Shown in pieces: positions 9,632 through 18,866 of a DNA stretch of 64,000 nt. Position 1 is the stretch's first letter. Each line of letters begins with the position of its first letter. A model generated the notes under the pieces. The model made no database searches and was not told where the DNA came from. It saw nothing but the letters and a program-made list of their open reading frames with translations. Made by a program: the position numbers and the translations under genes. This DNA is from Chitinophaga pinensis (GTDB lineage Bacteria > Bacteroidota > Bacteroidia > Bacteroidales > GCA-2748055), in assembly GCA_945863035.1 (NCBI GenBank), contig CAMAZH010000001.1:42-64041 (forward strand). The letters run 5' to 3'.

Positions 9632-12600
9632 CTAAAGAATGTCAATCTTTTCAGTTTTGAGTTTATTAAGATACTCCGTGGGAGTCAAATTATTTTCCTG
9701 TTTAAAGGCTGTACTAAAGTAGGAAGAGGAGCTGAATCCTGACATATCGCTGATTTCCTGAATGTTATACAACCCATCCTGCATCAGGGATATAGATTTG
9801 TTGATACGATATTTCATAATATAAGAAATAGGAGACAGTTTAGTCAGATTAGTGAATTTTCGATAAAAAGTTGATCGGCTCATATTCATTTTTCCTGCAA
9901 TTAGGGATATTCCCAAATCCGGATTAAGCAATTCAATTTCCAGGATTTGATTAAGCTTTGAAAGAAATTGGACATCCACGAGCGAGTTATCCGCATTTTC
10001 CAGTTTTGGCATCAATCCGTTAAGAAAAATATTCAGAATATGTTCCCGGTTTTTCAACTGAGAATTTATTATATTGAGCAAATAATCAATATTAAAAGGT
10101 TTTGCGATATAGTAATCTGCCCCCGATTTAATACCTTCTATCTGATTCTCTACTTCCGCTTTCGCGGTAAGAAGTATAACAGGAATATGAGAGAATTCGT
10201 TACAGCTTTTAAGGTAACTGGTTAATTCAAGACCATTCATTCCTGACATCATGACATCAGAAATGATAATATCAGGCTGCTTTTGTTTCACCAGCTCCAA
10301 AGCTTCCTGACCATTAAATGCAGAAAAAACCGTATAATATTTCCTGAGTATATTTTTCAGAAATGAATTCAACTGCGGATCGTCTTCTGCAATAATCACA
10401 ACCTTTTTAAAATCGGCAGGAACACTGACCATTTCGGATTCCAGATTGTTCTTTTCCGCCGATAGGTACTTATCATTTGAGTTGTTTTCAGCAAAATATT
10501 GCGTTTCGTAAATAGAATCATCAAGAGGAATAACAAAAGAAAATGCAGAACCCTTATTAAGTTTACTAACAACTTTAATGAAGCCCTTATGGAGTTCTAC
10601 AAGCTTTTTCGTGAAATTTAAACCTATGCCGATGCTTGAAAAATCTTCAGAAGATTTATAACCATTTGTTTTGGACTGATACCTGTTAAATACTGTTTTT
10701 AATTGATAATCATCCATTCCGATGCCATTATCCTCAACAATAATCTCAATATAGTCTGAGGCCAATTCTTGTTCTGTAGTTTGCGCTGATGGGTATGAAT
10801 GTTTCATTTTCTCCCCTGATATTTTCTTTAGGGTAATTTCAATATAGCCTCCCTTACCCGTGTGTTTGATTGCGTTGGATAAAAGATTGCTTAGAATTTT
10901 TTCAATTTTATCCTCATCAAAATATACAATGAAGGCGTTATCTTCAATAAAATCAATATTAATTTGTTTTTCAATTGCCAGAATCTTGAATGTTTTCAAT
11001 ATTTTCTGTATGGATTCATTTAAATCAGCTTTCTCAATCCATAGGCTCATTGTTTCACTTTCCATCATTTTAAATGCCAGTAACTGGTTCACTAGTTTAA
11101 GCAGACGGGAGATATTCAATCCGGCAATCTGAATATATTCTTTCACTTCCCGCGGAATTTTTTCCAGTTTTTCAATATGTTGAATTACTCCTCCGATCAG
11201 TGTAAGTGGAGTTCTGAATTCATGGGCAATATTTGAAAAAAACCTGAGCTTCATTGTATTTATTTCCTTTTCCCTTTCGCGATCCATTTGCTCAAGTTCC
11301 AGCTTTTTCCTGACAACTGCGGCTCTGAAGAGCAGTTGCAGGATTATAAATATAATGCTTATCGTGACTATCACATAAGTTGCCCAAGCCCAGCCAGAAA
11401 ACCATGGAGCAGGTTTAATATTTATCTTGAGGGAAGCGGTTGAATCACTCCAAACGCCATCGTTATTAATTGCTTTTACTTTAAATTCATATCTTCCCCT
11501 TTTAAGATTCGAATAGGAGACGCGGCGCAGATTCCCTGCATCCTGCCATTCCTTATCAAAACCTTTCAGCATAAAGGAATATTTTATATTATGAGAAGAG
11601 AAATAATCGAAAGCGAGGTAATTAATGCTAAAATTCTTTTCTTTATGCGTTAAGGTTATTTCATCCGTAAAACTTAAGCTTTTATTAAGTGTTTTCCCCT
11701 GAGATTCCGGAACCACTTCTTTGTTATTAATATACAGGTTCTCAAGAATAATTTTGGGAGAAGGACTTATGCTAGAGTCAATTTCGTTAGGTCTGAAATA
11801 GGTCAATCCAAAATTACCTCCAAAATAAATCATACCTGACTGGTCCCTAAAAGATGCCTTTTCATGAAATTGAATGTTATTTATGCCTTCATTGGCAAAA
11901 TATTTTTTTACGGCATAATTATCTTTATTAAATTTTATTAGTCCAAATGAAGTGCTCAGCCATAAATTATTCATAAGGTCCTCTTCTATTGCCAATACAT
12001 CGCTGCTGGGTAATCCGTCCTTCATGCTGAAATTGATAATAGAGCGTCGTTTTAAATCCAGTCTTAAAAGACCATAATTATAAGTGCCAAGCCAGAGTAT
12101 TTCATCATCATCAAGGTAAGCAGTAATAACCGACATGAAGCCCGGATCATTTTCCCTGCCCGGTATTTCAATTTTTCTGACCGAAAAATTAAAAACATTC
12201 ATCGCATAAAGCCCATGATCATAACTGGAAAAAAAAACTTCAGAATTATTTAATTGAATAATTCTGGTAATATTGGTACCATATTCTGTAGAATGGAACA
12301 GTTTATTCCCGTCAAGGTCATAGATTAACAGTCCCTGAGTGTTGATTCCTGCAAATATCATTTTATTTGTCTCATGCAATGACACAATTCCATTGTTAGG
12401 TTCCGGTACCTGCAGGGTTTTGAAGTTGGATTCGTTTAAATCAAGTGTATGCAGGCTATAATTCGTGCCTATCCAATATTGGTTTCTTGAGTCGACAAGA
12501 AGAGAACGAATATACGGATATCCCAACTTACTATTATCCCTTGTAAATTTCTTATATGTTTTATCATTCAGGTTGTAAAGTATGAAACCCTCTTTTCTGG

Positions 12601-13807
12601 TAGTGATTATAAGTTTGTCTTTATTTCTGGCTACTCCGGTAATAAACTCATTCTTTGTTACTTCATTAAGTGTTGCGTCGGTATTGAAAATCTTGGTCTG
12701 TTTAAAATGTACATCAATCCCATTATCAAAAGATCCCAACCAGATATTTCCAATTTTATCAATAAAATGAACCATATAGGTATTCGAATGAATACTATAT
12801 GGAACTTGTTCACTGAAAGAAAAATGATCCAGACATTGAGAATTACTGTTAAACTTATATAAACCCTCTGTCTGAGTTCCATACCAATAATCATGAGGAG
12901 CATACTCAAAAATGAAATTTATTTCTTTTCCTTGCAATACATTGGAAAGCTTTTGAAATTTGGAAGGAAAAACGAACTCCTTATTTATGATATCAAAATA
13001 GCTTACTCCCGAATTGGTACCTATAATCAACAGATCATCAGAAGCCTGATGGAAATAATTAATAGTGTTATTCTTTATGGGATCTGCTGTATCCTGTATT
13101 TTGAAAAAATCATATTTACCTGATTTGTTGTTATATACACCTAATCCATTTCCGTTATCAAGGCCGAACCATATTTGTCCGTGATTGTCAGTAAAAATTA
13201 CTGTTATCGACTTCTCTGTATTCCAAGTCCCTATTTGTTCAAGTTTTAAACCATCTTTGGTAATCCTGCATACACCCAGGCCAAGTGTTGCCACGTAAAC
13301 ATTATCTTCATAACCGGTAATACTGGTTACTATTCCTTGATACTCCGGAAAAAGTCGTCCAATTTTACCCATTTCGCAATCATAGTAACAAAGTCCCTTA
13401 TTTGTTCCGATGTAAATTTTTCCATCGATGTGGCTGTATAAACTATTTATATTATTGGAAAAAATGGATGCGGAATCTTCAGGACTGAACAGGTAATGTT
13501 TAAACTCCTGGCCATCATAGCGGTTAAGTCCCCTTCTGGTTGCAAACCACATATAACCTGCTTTATCCTGTGTAATTGAGGTAATATTCAAATTTGAGAG
13601 TCCATCATTAAGGGATATGTTTGAAAACCTCATGACGTCTTGGGCAATAATCACATTATTAAAAAACAAGCCTGCTATTGTCGCCATACAAATTATTAGT
13701 AAATGGCTGTATTCCTTCATGGCGGGTTTATCCTTATTCTGCATTCTATCGGGATTTGTTTTCATCAAATTCGAATCCATATAAATTTCAAGCCTCCTAC
13801 TTTCCAT
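9632..13807 (-). CDS. Hybrid two-component system regulator (beta-propeller/YYY sensor, TM, HisKA, HATPase, REC, AraC-type HTH)
   Basis: 1391 aa. Y_Y_Y block: KYSFMLKGFDKEWQDAGNLRRVSYSNLKRGRYEFKVKAINNDGVWSD. TM segment: WAWATYVIVTISIIFIILQLLF. H-box: FFSNIAHEFRTPLTLI. REC: VVIIAEDDPQLN...DIIISDVMMSGMNGLEL. AraC HTH: MSRSTFYRKF...SSSYFSTAFKQ. The real start is probably the internal MKEYSHLLIICMATIAG near 13720. Confidence 0.9.
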   Translation of the reverse strand: MESRRLEIYMDSNLMKTNPDRMQNKDKPAMKEYSHLLIICMATIAGLFFNNVIIAQDVMRFSNISLNDGLSNLNITSITQDKAGYMWFATRRGLNRYDGQEFKHYLFSPEDSASIFSNNINSLYSHIDGKIYIGTNKGLCYYDCEMGKIGRLFPEYQGIVTSITGYEDNVYVATLGLGVCRITKDGLKLEQIGTWNTEKSITVIFTDNHGQIWFGLDNGNGLGVYNNKSGKYDFFKIQDTADPIKNNTINYFHQASDDLLIIGTNSGVSYFDIINKEFVFPSKFQKLSNVLQGKEINFIFEYAPHDYWYGTQTEGLYKFNSNSQCLDHFSFSEQVPYSIHSNTYMVHFIDKIGNIWLGSFDNGIDVHFKQTKIFNTDATLNEVTKNEFITGVARNKDKLIITTRKEGFILYNLNDKTYKKFTRDNSKLGYPYIRSLLVDSRNQYWIGTNYSLHTLDLNESNFKTLQVPEPNNGIVSLHETNKMIFAGINTQGLLIYDLDGNKLFHSTEYGTNITRIIQLNNSEVFFSSYDHGLYAMNVFNFSVRKIEIPGRENDPGFMSVITAYLDDDEILWLGTYNYGLLRLDLKRRSIINFSMKDGLPSSDVLAIEEDLMNNLWLSTSFGLIKFNKDNYAVKKYFANEGINNIQFHEKASFRDQSGMIYFGGNFGLTYFRPNEIDSSISPSPKIILENLYINNKEVVPESQGKTLNKSLSFTDEITLTHKEKNFSINYLAFDYFSSHNIKYSFMLKGFDKEWQDAGNLRRVSYSNLKRGRYEFKVKAINNDGVWSDSTASLKINIKPAPWFSGWAWATYVIVTISIIFIILQLLFRAAVVRKKLELEQMDREREKEINTMKLRFFSNIAHEFRTPLTLIGGVIQHIEKLEKIPREVKEYIQIAGLNISRLLKLVNQLLAFKMMESETMSLWIEKADLNESIQKILKTFKILAIEKQINIDFIEDNAFIVYFDEDKIEKILSNLLSNAIKHTGKGGYIEITLKKISGEKMKHSYPSAQTTEQELASDYIEIIVEDNGIGMDDYQLKTVFNRYQSKTNGYKSSEDFSSIGIGLNFTKKLVELHKGFIKVVSKLNKGSAFSFVIPLDDSIYETQYFAENNSNDKYLSAEKNNLESEMVSVPADFKKVVIIAEDDPQLNSFLKNILRKYYTVFSAFNGQEALELVKQKQPDIIISDVMMSGMNGLELTSYLKSCNEFSHIPVILLTAKAEVENQIEGIKSGADYYIAKPFNIDYLLNIINSQLKNREHILNIFLNGLMPKLENADNSLVDVQFLSKLNQILEIELLNPDLGISLIAGKMNMSRSTFYRKFTNLTKLSPISYIMKYRINKSISLMQDGLYNIQEISDMSGFSSSSYFSTAFKQENNLTPTEYLNKLKTEKIDIL

Positions 13808-14157
13808 TGGAATACATTATTATTGACATAAGGATCACCTCCCTCTATGGTAAATTTGAGTGCTCCATCTGAATGAGATACTCCTCCGTCATGAGTATTG
13901 TTGTCCCAACCCTGCAAATCGCGTGAAAATTCCCATGCGGTTTTTTGACCCGTATCATTAATGGTTATTTTAATACTCCCGGTTTTACCGCTTCCATCCT
14001 TTGCCAGGGCTGTCACAGTAACCACACCGTCATTGATTGGAGTTAATAAACCTTGATGATCAATGGTGCCATTATCCAATTCTATACTTTCCTGTCCGTA
14101 TAAAACAACTGGAGCCACAATTAACAGAAGTGTCATGCAATTTTTTATTACATTCAT
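13765..14157 (-). CDS. Small secreted Big_2-like protein ending inside a recurring 'DPY' beta-sandwich module; probably the 5' remnant of a larger gene
   Basis: 130 aa with signal peptide MNVIKNCMTLLLIVAPVVLYGQ. An Ig-like block is present (VTVTALAKDGSGKTGSIKITI). It then reads WEFSRDLQGWDNN...GALKFTIEGGDPYV...KFIWIRI*, which matches only the first ~45 residues of the ~130-aa module seen in the 960-aa and 1397-aa proteins. Confidence 0.45.
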   Translation of the reverse strand: MNVIKNCMTLLLIVAPVVLYGQESIELDNGTIDHQGLLTPINDGVVTVTALAKDGSGKTGSIKITINDTGQKTAWEFSRDLQGWDNNTHDGGVSHSDGALKFTIEGGDPYVNNNVFQWKVGGLKFIWIRI

Positions 14158-14192
14158 TTGTCTTTTTTTATTGTAATCCAGATTTAGTCATA

Positions 14193-17075
14193 TTACTCTT
14201 TGAGAAACTTTTTGGTGTATATTTTATTTTGGCATTTTACAGTTATTATATAAGCTCCTGTTTTTATGTGACTTATATTAATAGAATTGGTTTCAGGGCC
14301 AATAGAATTAAAAGGAAGAACCTTAGACAACAAGGTTCTTCCCTGCAGATCCTTTATTGTGATCCACATTTCATCGGCAAGCTTTTCTGATACATTACCG
14401 TGAAGGATTGACAAAGTTTCGTTGGCGGGATTTGGATAAATACTAAACGATTCTTTCTTTATATTCAAGGTAGAAGTATTTGTTGCCCTTGTGATGGAAT
14501 AAAAATCAAGATCAAGGCCGCCAGTCGCATAAATAATGTAAACACGCAATACCTGAATTCCTGAAGTCAAGTAAATTTTATCTTCATAATTTGAGACTAT
14601 TCCGTCTGTGAATGGTAAATTGATGATGTCTGTAATATTTTTTCCGTCAACTGAAAATTGAATCTTCTGGTTTTCCAAGAGGGTAAAATATTGAATATTT
14701 AAAAGATAATATCCGGAGCTGTCAACATCTATTGTATATTCCATCCATTCATCGGTTGCCAACCATCCGGTCATATATCCACTGCCAGCTGCATGAATAT
14801 CCACTCCTTCATCGATTCTGTAAGCACCCCCTTCATTTATCGAAGTCTTGTCAAGATAAGCAACGTCAATTCCTCCCGCGTCAAAGTCTTCAGCTTCCAC
14901 TTTGGATGGTATTGAAACAGGTGTTCCATGATATGGTTTTTGATCGCCCGTTTCCTCATCATCCGGATCCGGCTCAGGATAGGCTTCTTGCCTGCCCACT
15001 TCTTCTATCAGCCATTTGGCAAATCCGGTTGTTGAATGGGGATCGGTTTCAGGCCCTACAGGTGCCTGTGCACCACAATCATGAGGAAAGTTATTGAGAT
15101 AAAAATGCATTCTGTCGTGGTGTTTGGGCATTCCTGCCTCCCAATATTTATATAACCAGTCTCTTACTACATCATCGTAATACTGTGAACAGCTCTGTGA
15201 TAGCCAGGGGCCATAATAGAATACATAGTCAAGTTCATTGGCAAGGGTCCACCGGATGCCTTTGCCAGTAGCTTGTAAATCTTTTTCTATTCCCTGATCT
15301 AACGGCCAGTGCACGTTATATTGGTGAGATTCAAGGCACACCCCATCCATGCTTTTTATGATAGACCTTGCCTCCGGGCTTTGGTAGTAAAAGCTGGGAC
15401 TGATACACATCTGAATGAGTTTATAGTTGTTGTGTTCTATGATGCCTGCTGTAAATGCATTCTGAAACACTTGTCTGAAATCATCCACGTCACGCTGGTA
15501 AAGAATACGGCTATCCTCCGGGAAAGGACCCCATTTGCCCGAACCATAGAGTTCCGCCTCACGACAGATAAGAATATGCTTCACGGAAAATCCATATTTT
15601 TCAACTTGCCTGATCTTTTGAACCAAAGGGTTAGTATTGGGATTGGTATCGATCCAGTCCCTGTCGAATGGCAGGTAATGCTCAAAAAATGCCTGTCTTG
15701 TCCGGAAGTCGCCTTTAAAATTACAGTTAAAGTCATTAGGTGTGATCACATCCATGTGACTGGCAACAAAAGGATATTGCCCGGCTAAATCAACAAAGTA
15801 TCCTCCGGGGTTGTTGGGCCAAAGATTTTTGTCAATGTCCGTCATGGTTCCCCTGGGCAAAGGACGGATTCCTACTTTGGAATTCCCTGCAAAAAGCTCG
15901 GTTATGGCTGTATCCAATGGAGTTCCGGATTCATCAAGGGCAATGGCCTTTATGTTGTAATAACCCGCTTCTATGGCTGAGATTACATGTTCATAGGGAG
16001 CAGTCTCATCTTCACTAAGTTTCTGATCATTATGATAAAACGCTACTTTTCTTACCGAATCCGCAATGTCTTCACTGACAGATACAACAAGGCTGGCATC
16101 CGCTCCAGGCTTGTAACTTCCTGTTTCTCCAGGTATTGAGAAAGAGACAGGGGGTGTATAAGGGATGATTTTAAGGTTGTTGATATTTAGCACATCCTTA
16201 CAATAATCAGCAACCAGTCTTAATACAAAAATACCCTGCGGGAGTTCAATTTCCTGACGGATAGAAGTCCATGCACCGCTTGTGTTGTCAGTAATAAATG
16301 GTTCGCCTATGTTTTGGCCATTAAGTTCCAGATGGATTTGATTGCTATCAGCATGTGAGGCTATGCGCATATCAAAGAAATACTTGAACTTCCCAGGAAC
16401 TTTGATCATATATTCCATCCATTCCTTGCTTTCCATCCTGACATGATAGTTGCCAACCGTATCGGTTGTGGTTTTGATATCAACATCTCCTGTTAACCTG
16501 TATTGATTTCCCTCATTTCCCGGGGTGTTATCATGAAAAGCATTGCCTTCGCCTCCCAGGTTGTAATTTTCGGCCTCCATGGTGACAGGAAGTACAATGT
16601 CAGCACTCGCATAGGTACCAGTCAGTTTGATGAAGTCGATGTGAACACGGCCAGAGCTGCCGGCCGGATCGAAACGTAAACTTTTAATCGTACCTTTCCA
16701 ATCCGGGTTTTTGCTAAGATCCAGTATATAATAGCGCATACTGTCATCATTGGCTATTACAGACATGGAAGTGAAAGACAGTCCCGCCGACGTTGTCCAG
16801 AACAAATTAGCCCCTGTACCGGTTGTGCTATTCTGCATTCGTATTATAAAATATTTATAATCCAAAGCAGGAATATTAAGGGAGCCGGGAGATCCAATAT
16901 AGGGATCATTGCCGTTGATATTGAGTTGCAAAATCCCATCGCTTACACTCCCTGTTACATGGTTGTCAAACGACCATCCTTCCTGGTTGGTACTGAAATT
17001 CCATAGGGTTGTCTGGCCAACTAGTGAGAGTACAACCAGAAGAAGTGAAAATGTAATCAAAAAAGCTTTATTCAT
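14193..17075 (-). CDS. T9SS-secreted multidomain protein: 'DPY' module, CBM6/35-like, Ig-like, unassigned ~330-aa core, CBM6/35-like, T9SS CTD
   Basis: 960 aa. N-terminal module: TLWNFSTNQEGWSFDN...LQLNINGNDPYIGSPG. First CBM6/35-like module: MEAENYNLGGEGNAFHDN...EWMEYMIKV. Second: VEAEDFDAGGIDVAYLDK...DEWMEYTIDVDSSGYY. CTD: FSIYPNPANETLSI...GAYIITVKCQNKIYTKKFLKE. The core (about DFNCNFKGD to FAKWLIEEV) has no family I recognise. Confidence 0.8.
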   Translation of the reverse strand: MNKAFLITFSLLLVVLSLVGQTTLWNFSTNQEGWSFDNHVTGSVSDGILQLNINGNDPYIGSPGSLNIPALDYKYFIIRMQNSTTGTGANLFWTTSAGLSFTSMSVIANDDSMRYYILDLSKNPDWKGTIKSLRFDPAGSSGRVHIDFIKLTGTYASADIVLPVTMEAENYNLGGEGNAFHDNTPGNEGNQYRLTGDVDIKTTTDTVGNYHVRMESKEWMEYMIKVPGKFKYFFDMRIASHADSNQIHLELNGQNIGEPFITDNTSGAWTSIRQEIELPQGIFVLRLVADYCKDVLNINNLKIIPYTPPVSFSIPGETGSYKPGADASLVVSVSEDIADSVRKVAFYHNDQKLSEDETAPYEHVISAIEAGYYNIKAIALDESGTPLDTAITELFAGNSKVGIRPLPRGTMTDIDKNLWPNNPGGYFVDLAGQYPFVASHMDVITPNDFNCNFKGDFRTRQAFFEHYLPFDRDWIDTNPNTNPLVQKIRQVEKYGFSVKHILICREAELYGSGKWGPFPEDSRILYQRDVDDFRQVFQNAFTAGIIEHNNYKLIQMCISPSFYYQSPEARSIIKSMDGVCLESHQYNVHWPLDQGIEKDLQATGKGIRWTLANELDYVFYYGPWLSQSCSQYYDDVVRDWLYKYWEAGMPKHHDRMHFYLNNFPHDCGAQAPVGPETDPHSTTGFAKWLIEEVGRQEAYPEPDPDDEETGDQKPYHGTPVSIPSKVEAEDFDAGGIDVAYLDKTSINEGGAYRIDEGVDIHAAGSGYMTGWLATDEWMEYTIDVDSSGYYLLNIQYFTLLENQKIQFSVDGKNITDIINLPFTDGIVSNYEDKIYLTSGIQVLRVYIIYATGGLDLDFYSITRATNTSTLNIKKESFSIYPNPANETLSILHGNVSEKLADEMWITIKDLQGRTLLSKVLPFNSIGPETNSINISHIKTGAYIITVKCQNKIYTKKFLKE

Positions 17076-17120
17076 TTTTTAAAGTTATTTCAGAATTTAA
17101 TATATTTTCAATGGTCTGAA

Positions 17121-17252
17121 CAATAACTATATCCAACTGAACCCGATATTTCCCATAGTAAATAATTATTTAGAGATATTCTATTTAATATCTGTTTAAA
17201 AATGGATGATTTATTTCCAGGAAAGAGGTTTACCGCCCATCGCTCGATTCTT
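17121..17252. repeat. Left arm of a 132-bp inverted repeat (partner at 18867-18998)
   Basis: The reverse complement of 17121-17252 aligns without gaps to 18867-18998, with 116/132 identities by hand alignment. The gene-proximal 26 nt are identical (tcgggttcagttggatatagttattg). It ends 45 nt upstream of the start codon at 17075. Confidence 0.8.
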
Positions 17253-17594
17253 AAATGCACCACACATAAGTTATATAGTCTGTCCCGCTCAAATGGGAGT
17301 TTTTACCATGTAACCTGTTGCTTCATAGTTCAAATCCTCATTAAGCAGACTTATTCAAGCTGAGGTATGTCCTTTAAGTAGTTAAAGCCAACTGCTAAAA
17401 ATAATGAAAGGTGATATAATTAGCATTACACAATTTGGGCATCCGTTTAAACTGAATGGCGGTTATGTTGATGATAAAGGAGATGTTAATTGATAAAAAT
17501 AAATATTATGAGATTTCATTAAAAGAGACATGAACAAAGCTTTGGCTCGTCAAGCTGAATCATTCGCCGGGTAGGCTAGAGTTTCTGATTTCAG

Positions 17595-18059
17595 CTACCA
17601 GACTTTAATTTTAATCCTGCCGATTCCTGGCTTTTCAAAGGGATCAGCCGAAGGACTGCCTGGATTCCTTTTTGCACCAGTGTAATCTGTCGTTATTTCA
17701 ATTTTCGATCCGTCAGGATTCATGAAGGGAGCATTAACAAACATGGTTGTGCCCAAGCGTGTAGTTGTTATCAATGTCTGGCAGGACTCAGTGATTAGGG
17801 AATCGATGTTCATTTCAAGATAGACAATTTCGTTTTCAGAGATCAGGCTAATCGAAGGGTCAAACTCTGGAAAAACTGCGGCCTCGGGTTCAGCGAAATA
17901 TGGTTTTGCAACCTTAAGGTAAACATTGCCTTCTGCGAGCATAGGCTGTGCGGTTGTATCATATACGTTCAGACCGTAACCTGATTTTCCTCACCAGACA
18001 GTTGGAACTCAAAATGTATTACCTATAGTAGTGCCAGCGACCAGAATATTATTGATTTG
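17595..18059 (-). pseudogene. Decayed C-terminal fragment of a right-handed beta-helix protein, paralogous to the gene at 62454 to beyond 64000
   Basis: Reverse-strand reading gives QINNILVAGTTIGNTF*VPTVW*GKSGYGLNVYDTTAQPMLAEGNVYLKVAKPY...LITTTRLGTTMFVNAPFMNPDGSKIEITTDYTGAKRNPGSPSADPFEKPGIGRIKIKVW. This matches YYNNIFAPKDTNDTDYLFVHEHWGSLDYSLNVYENNIELPMFIESNVYYQGTRPY...LITTEFLGKAIITGCYFENPDGTPITIDTDYLGNKRNVNNPVPGPFEIDASGLVKIKIW in the intact paralog. In-frame TGA stops lie at 18009-18011 and 17991-17993. The first ~400 residues of the family are missing. Confidence 0.75.
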
Positions 18060-18160
18060 CCAGGTAACATGGTGAAAAAAATTTGTAAGTCACTGTTGAT
18101 TGTTATTCTTCCTTTTGGATAGATCGTTTTTATTGAAATTTTGGAAATGAAAATTTTGCA

Positions 18161-18168
18161 TATATTTG
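18161..18168 (+). promoter_or_regulatory. Bacteroidota sigma-A type -7 box (TAnnTTTG) upstream of the ECF sigma gene
   Basis: TATATTTG at 18161-18168 lies 22 nt upstream of the ATG at 18191. A possible -33 TTTG at 18140-18143 gives a 17-nt spacing, slightly short of the usual 19-21 nt. Confidence 0.35.
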
Positions 18169-18190
18169 TTTTTTCACCATAATAATTTTA

Positions 18191-18775
18191 ATGCTCCAAC
18201 CATCTGAAGATCATAGCATAATAAAAAAGCTTAGAAAGGGTGACGTGCTTTCATTTGATATGGTGTATGAAAAATACCATAAAAGGGTGTATTATTTTGC
18301 TCTTGGTTACCTTAAGAGCAGGGAGGATGCAGAAGAAGTAGTACAGGAAGTTTTTCTAAACTTATGGAAATCAAGGGATCAGATCAAGGAACATTTTGTC
18401 TTCAGCCGGTACCTGTTCCGGATTACTTTTAACTCCATTCATAAGGTATTCCGTAAGCAAACCTCCGATAGGAAACATCTTGAACAATTCATGAAAGATA
18501 TTGTCATTGAAGATGATTCAACCAATATCGATATTGAATATGACAACCTGCTGGAAACAGCCAATTCCTACATTGAAAAACTGCCTGCCAGACAAAAGCT
18601 TGTTTTTCAATTGAGTATTAGCGAACACCTTACCAATGAAGAGATCGCTAAGAGATTCAATATTTCGAAAAAGACAGTGGATAATTATATTAGTGATGCC
18701 AGGGCTTTTCTGAAAAAATCATTCATTGATGGCAGATTAATATCTGTACTATTCTTTTATCTGTTCCTGAAATAA
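18191..18775 (+). CDS. ECF-type RNA polymerase sigma-70 family factor
   Basis: 194 aa. Region 2 reads EDAEEVVQEVFLNLW. Region 4 HTH reads LPARQKLVFQLSISEHLTNEEIAKRFNISKKTVDNYISDARAFLKK. Confidence 0.9.
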   Translation: MLQPSEDHSIIKKLRKGDVLSFDMVYEKYHKRVYYFALGYLKSREDAEEVVQEVFLNLWKSRDQIKEHFVFSRYLFRITFNSIHKVFRKQTSDRKHLEQFMKDIVIEDDSTNIDIEYDNLLETANSYIEKLPARQKLVFQLSISEHLTNEEIAKRFNISKKTVDNYISDARAFLKKSFIDGRLISVLFFYLFLK

Positions 18776-18866
18776 ACAGAATTTTTGTTGTCAATTTTTT
18801 CTACTTTCCGAATGGATCACATGGACATGACGCCATTAGCTTCAGTTTAACTGAGATGAGATCTCT

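Noticed and set aside
12229-12237. A9 run inside the HTCS coding sequence (encoding ...EVFFSSY...), considered as a frameshift-prone contingency site.
   Set aside because: The frame is intact here, and a single 9-mer in a 4.2-kb AT-rich gene is unremarkable. Population data would be needed to say more.
17404-17487. A 27-codon ORF (MKGDIISITQFGHPFKLNGGYVDDKGDVN) lies in the spacer between the left repeat arm and the pseudogene.
   Set aside because: It is too short, has no recognisable motif, and overlaps the weak second homology block of the repeat. It is probably non-coding.
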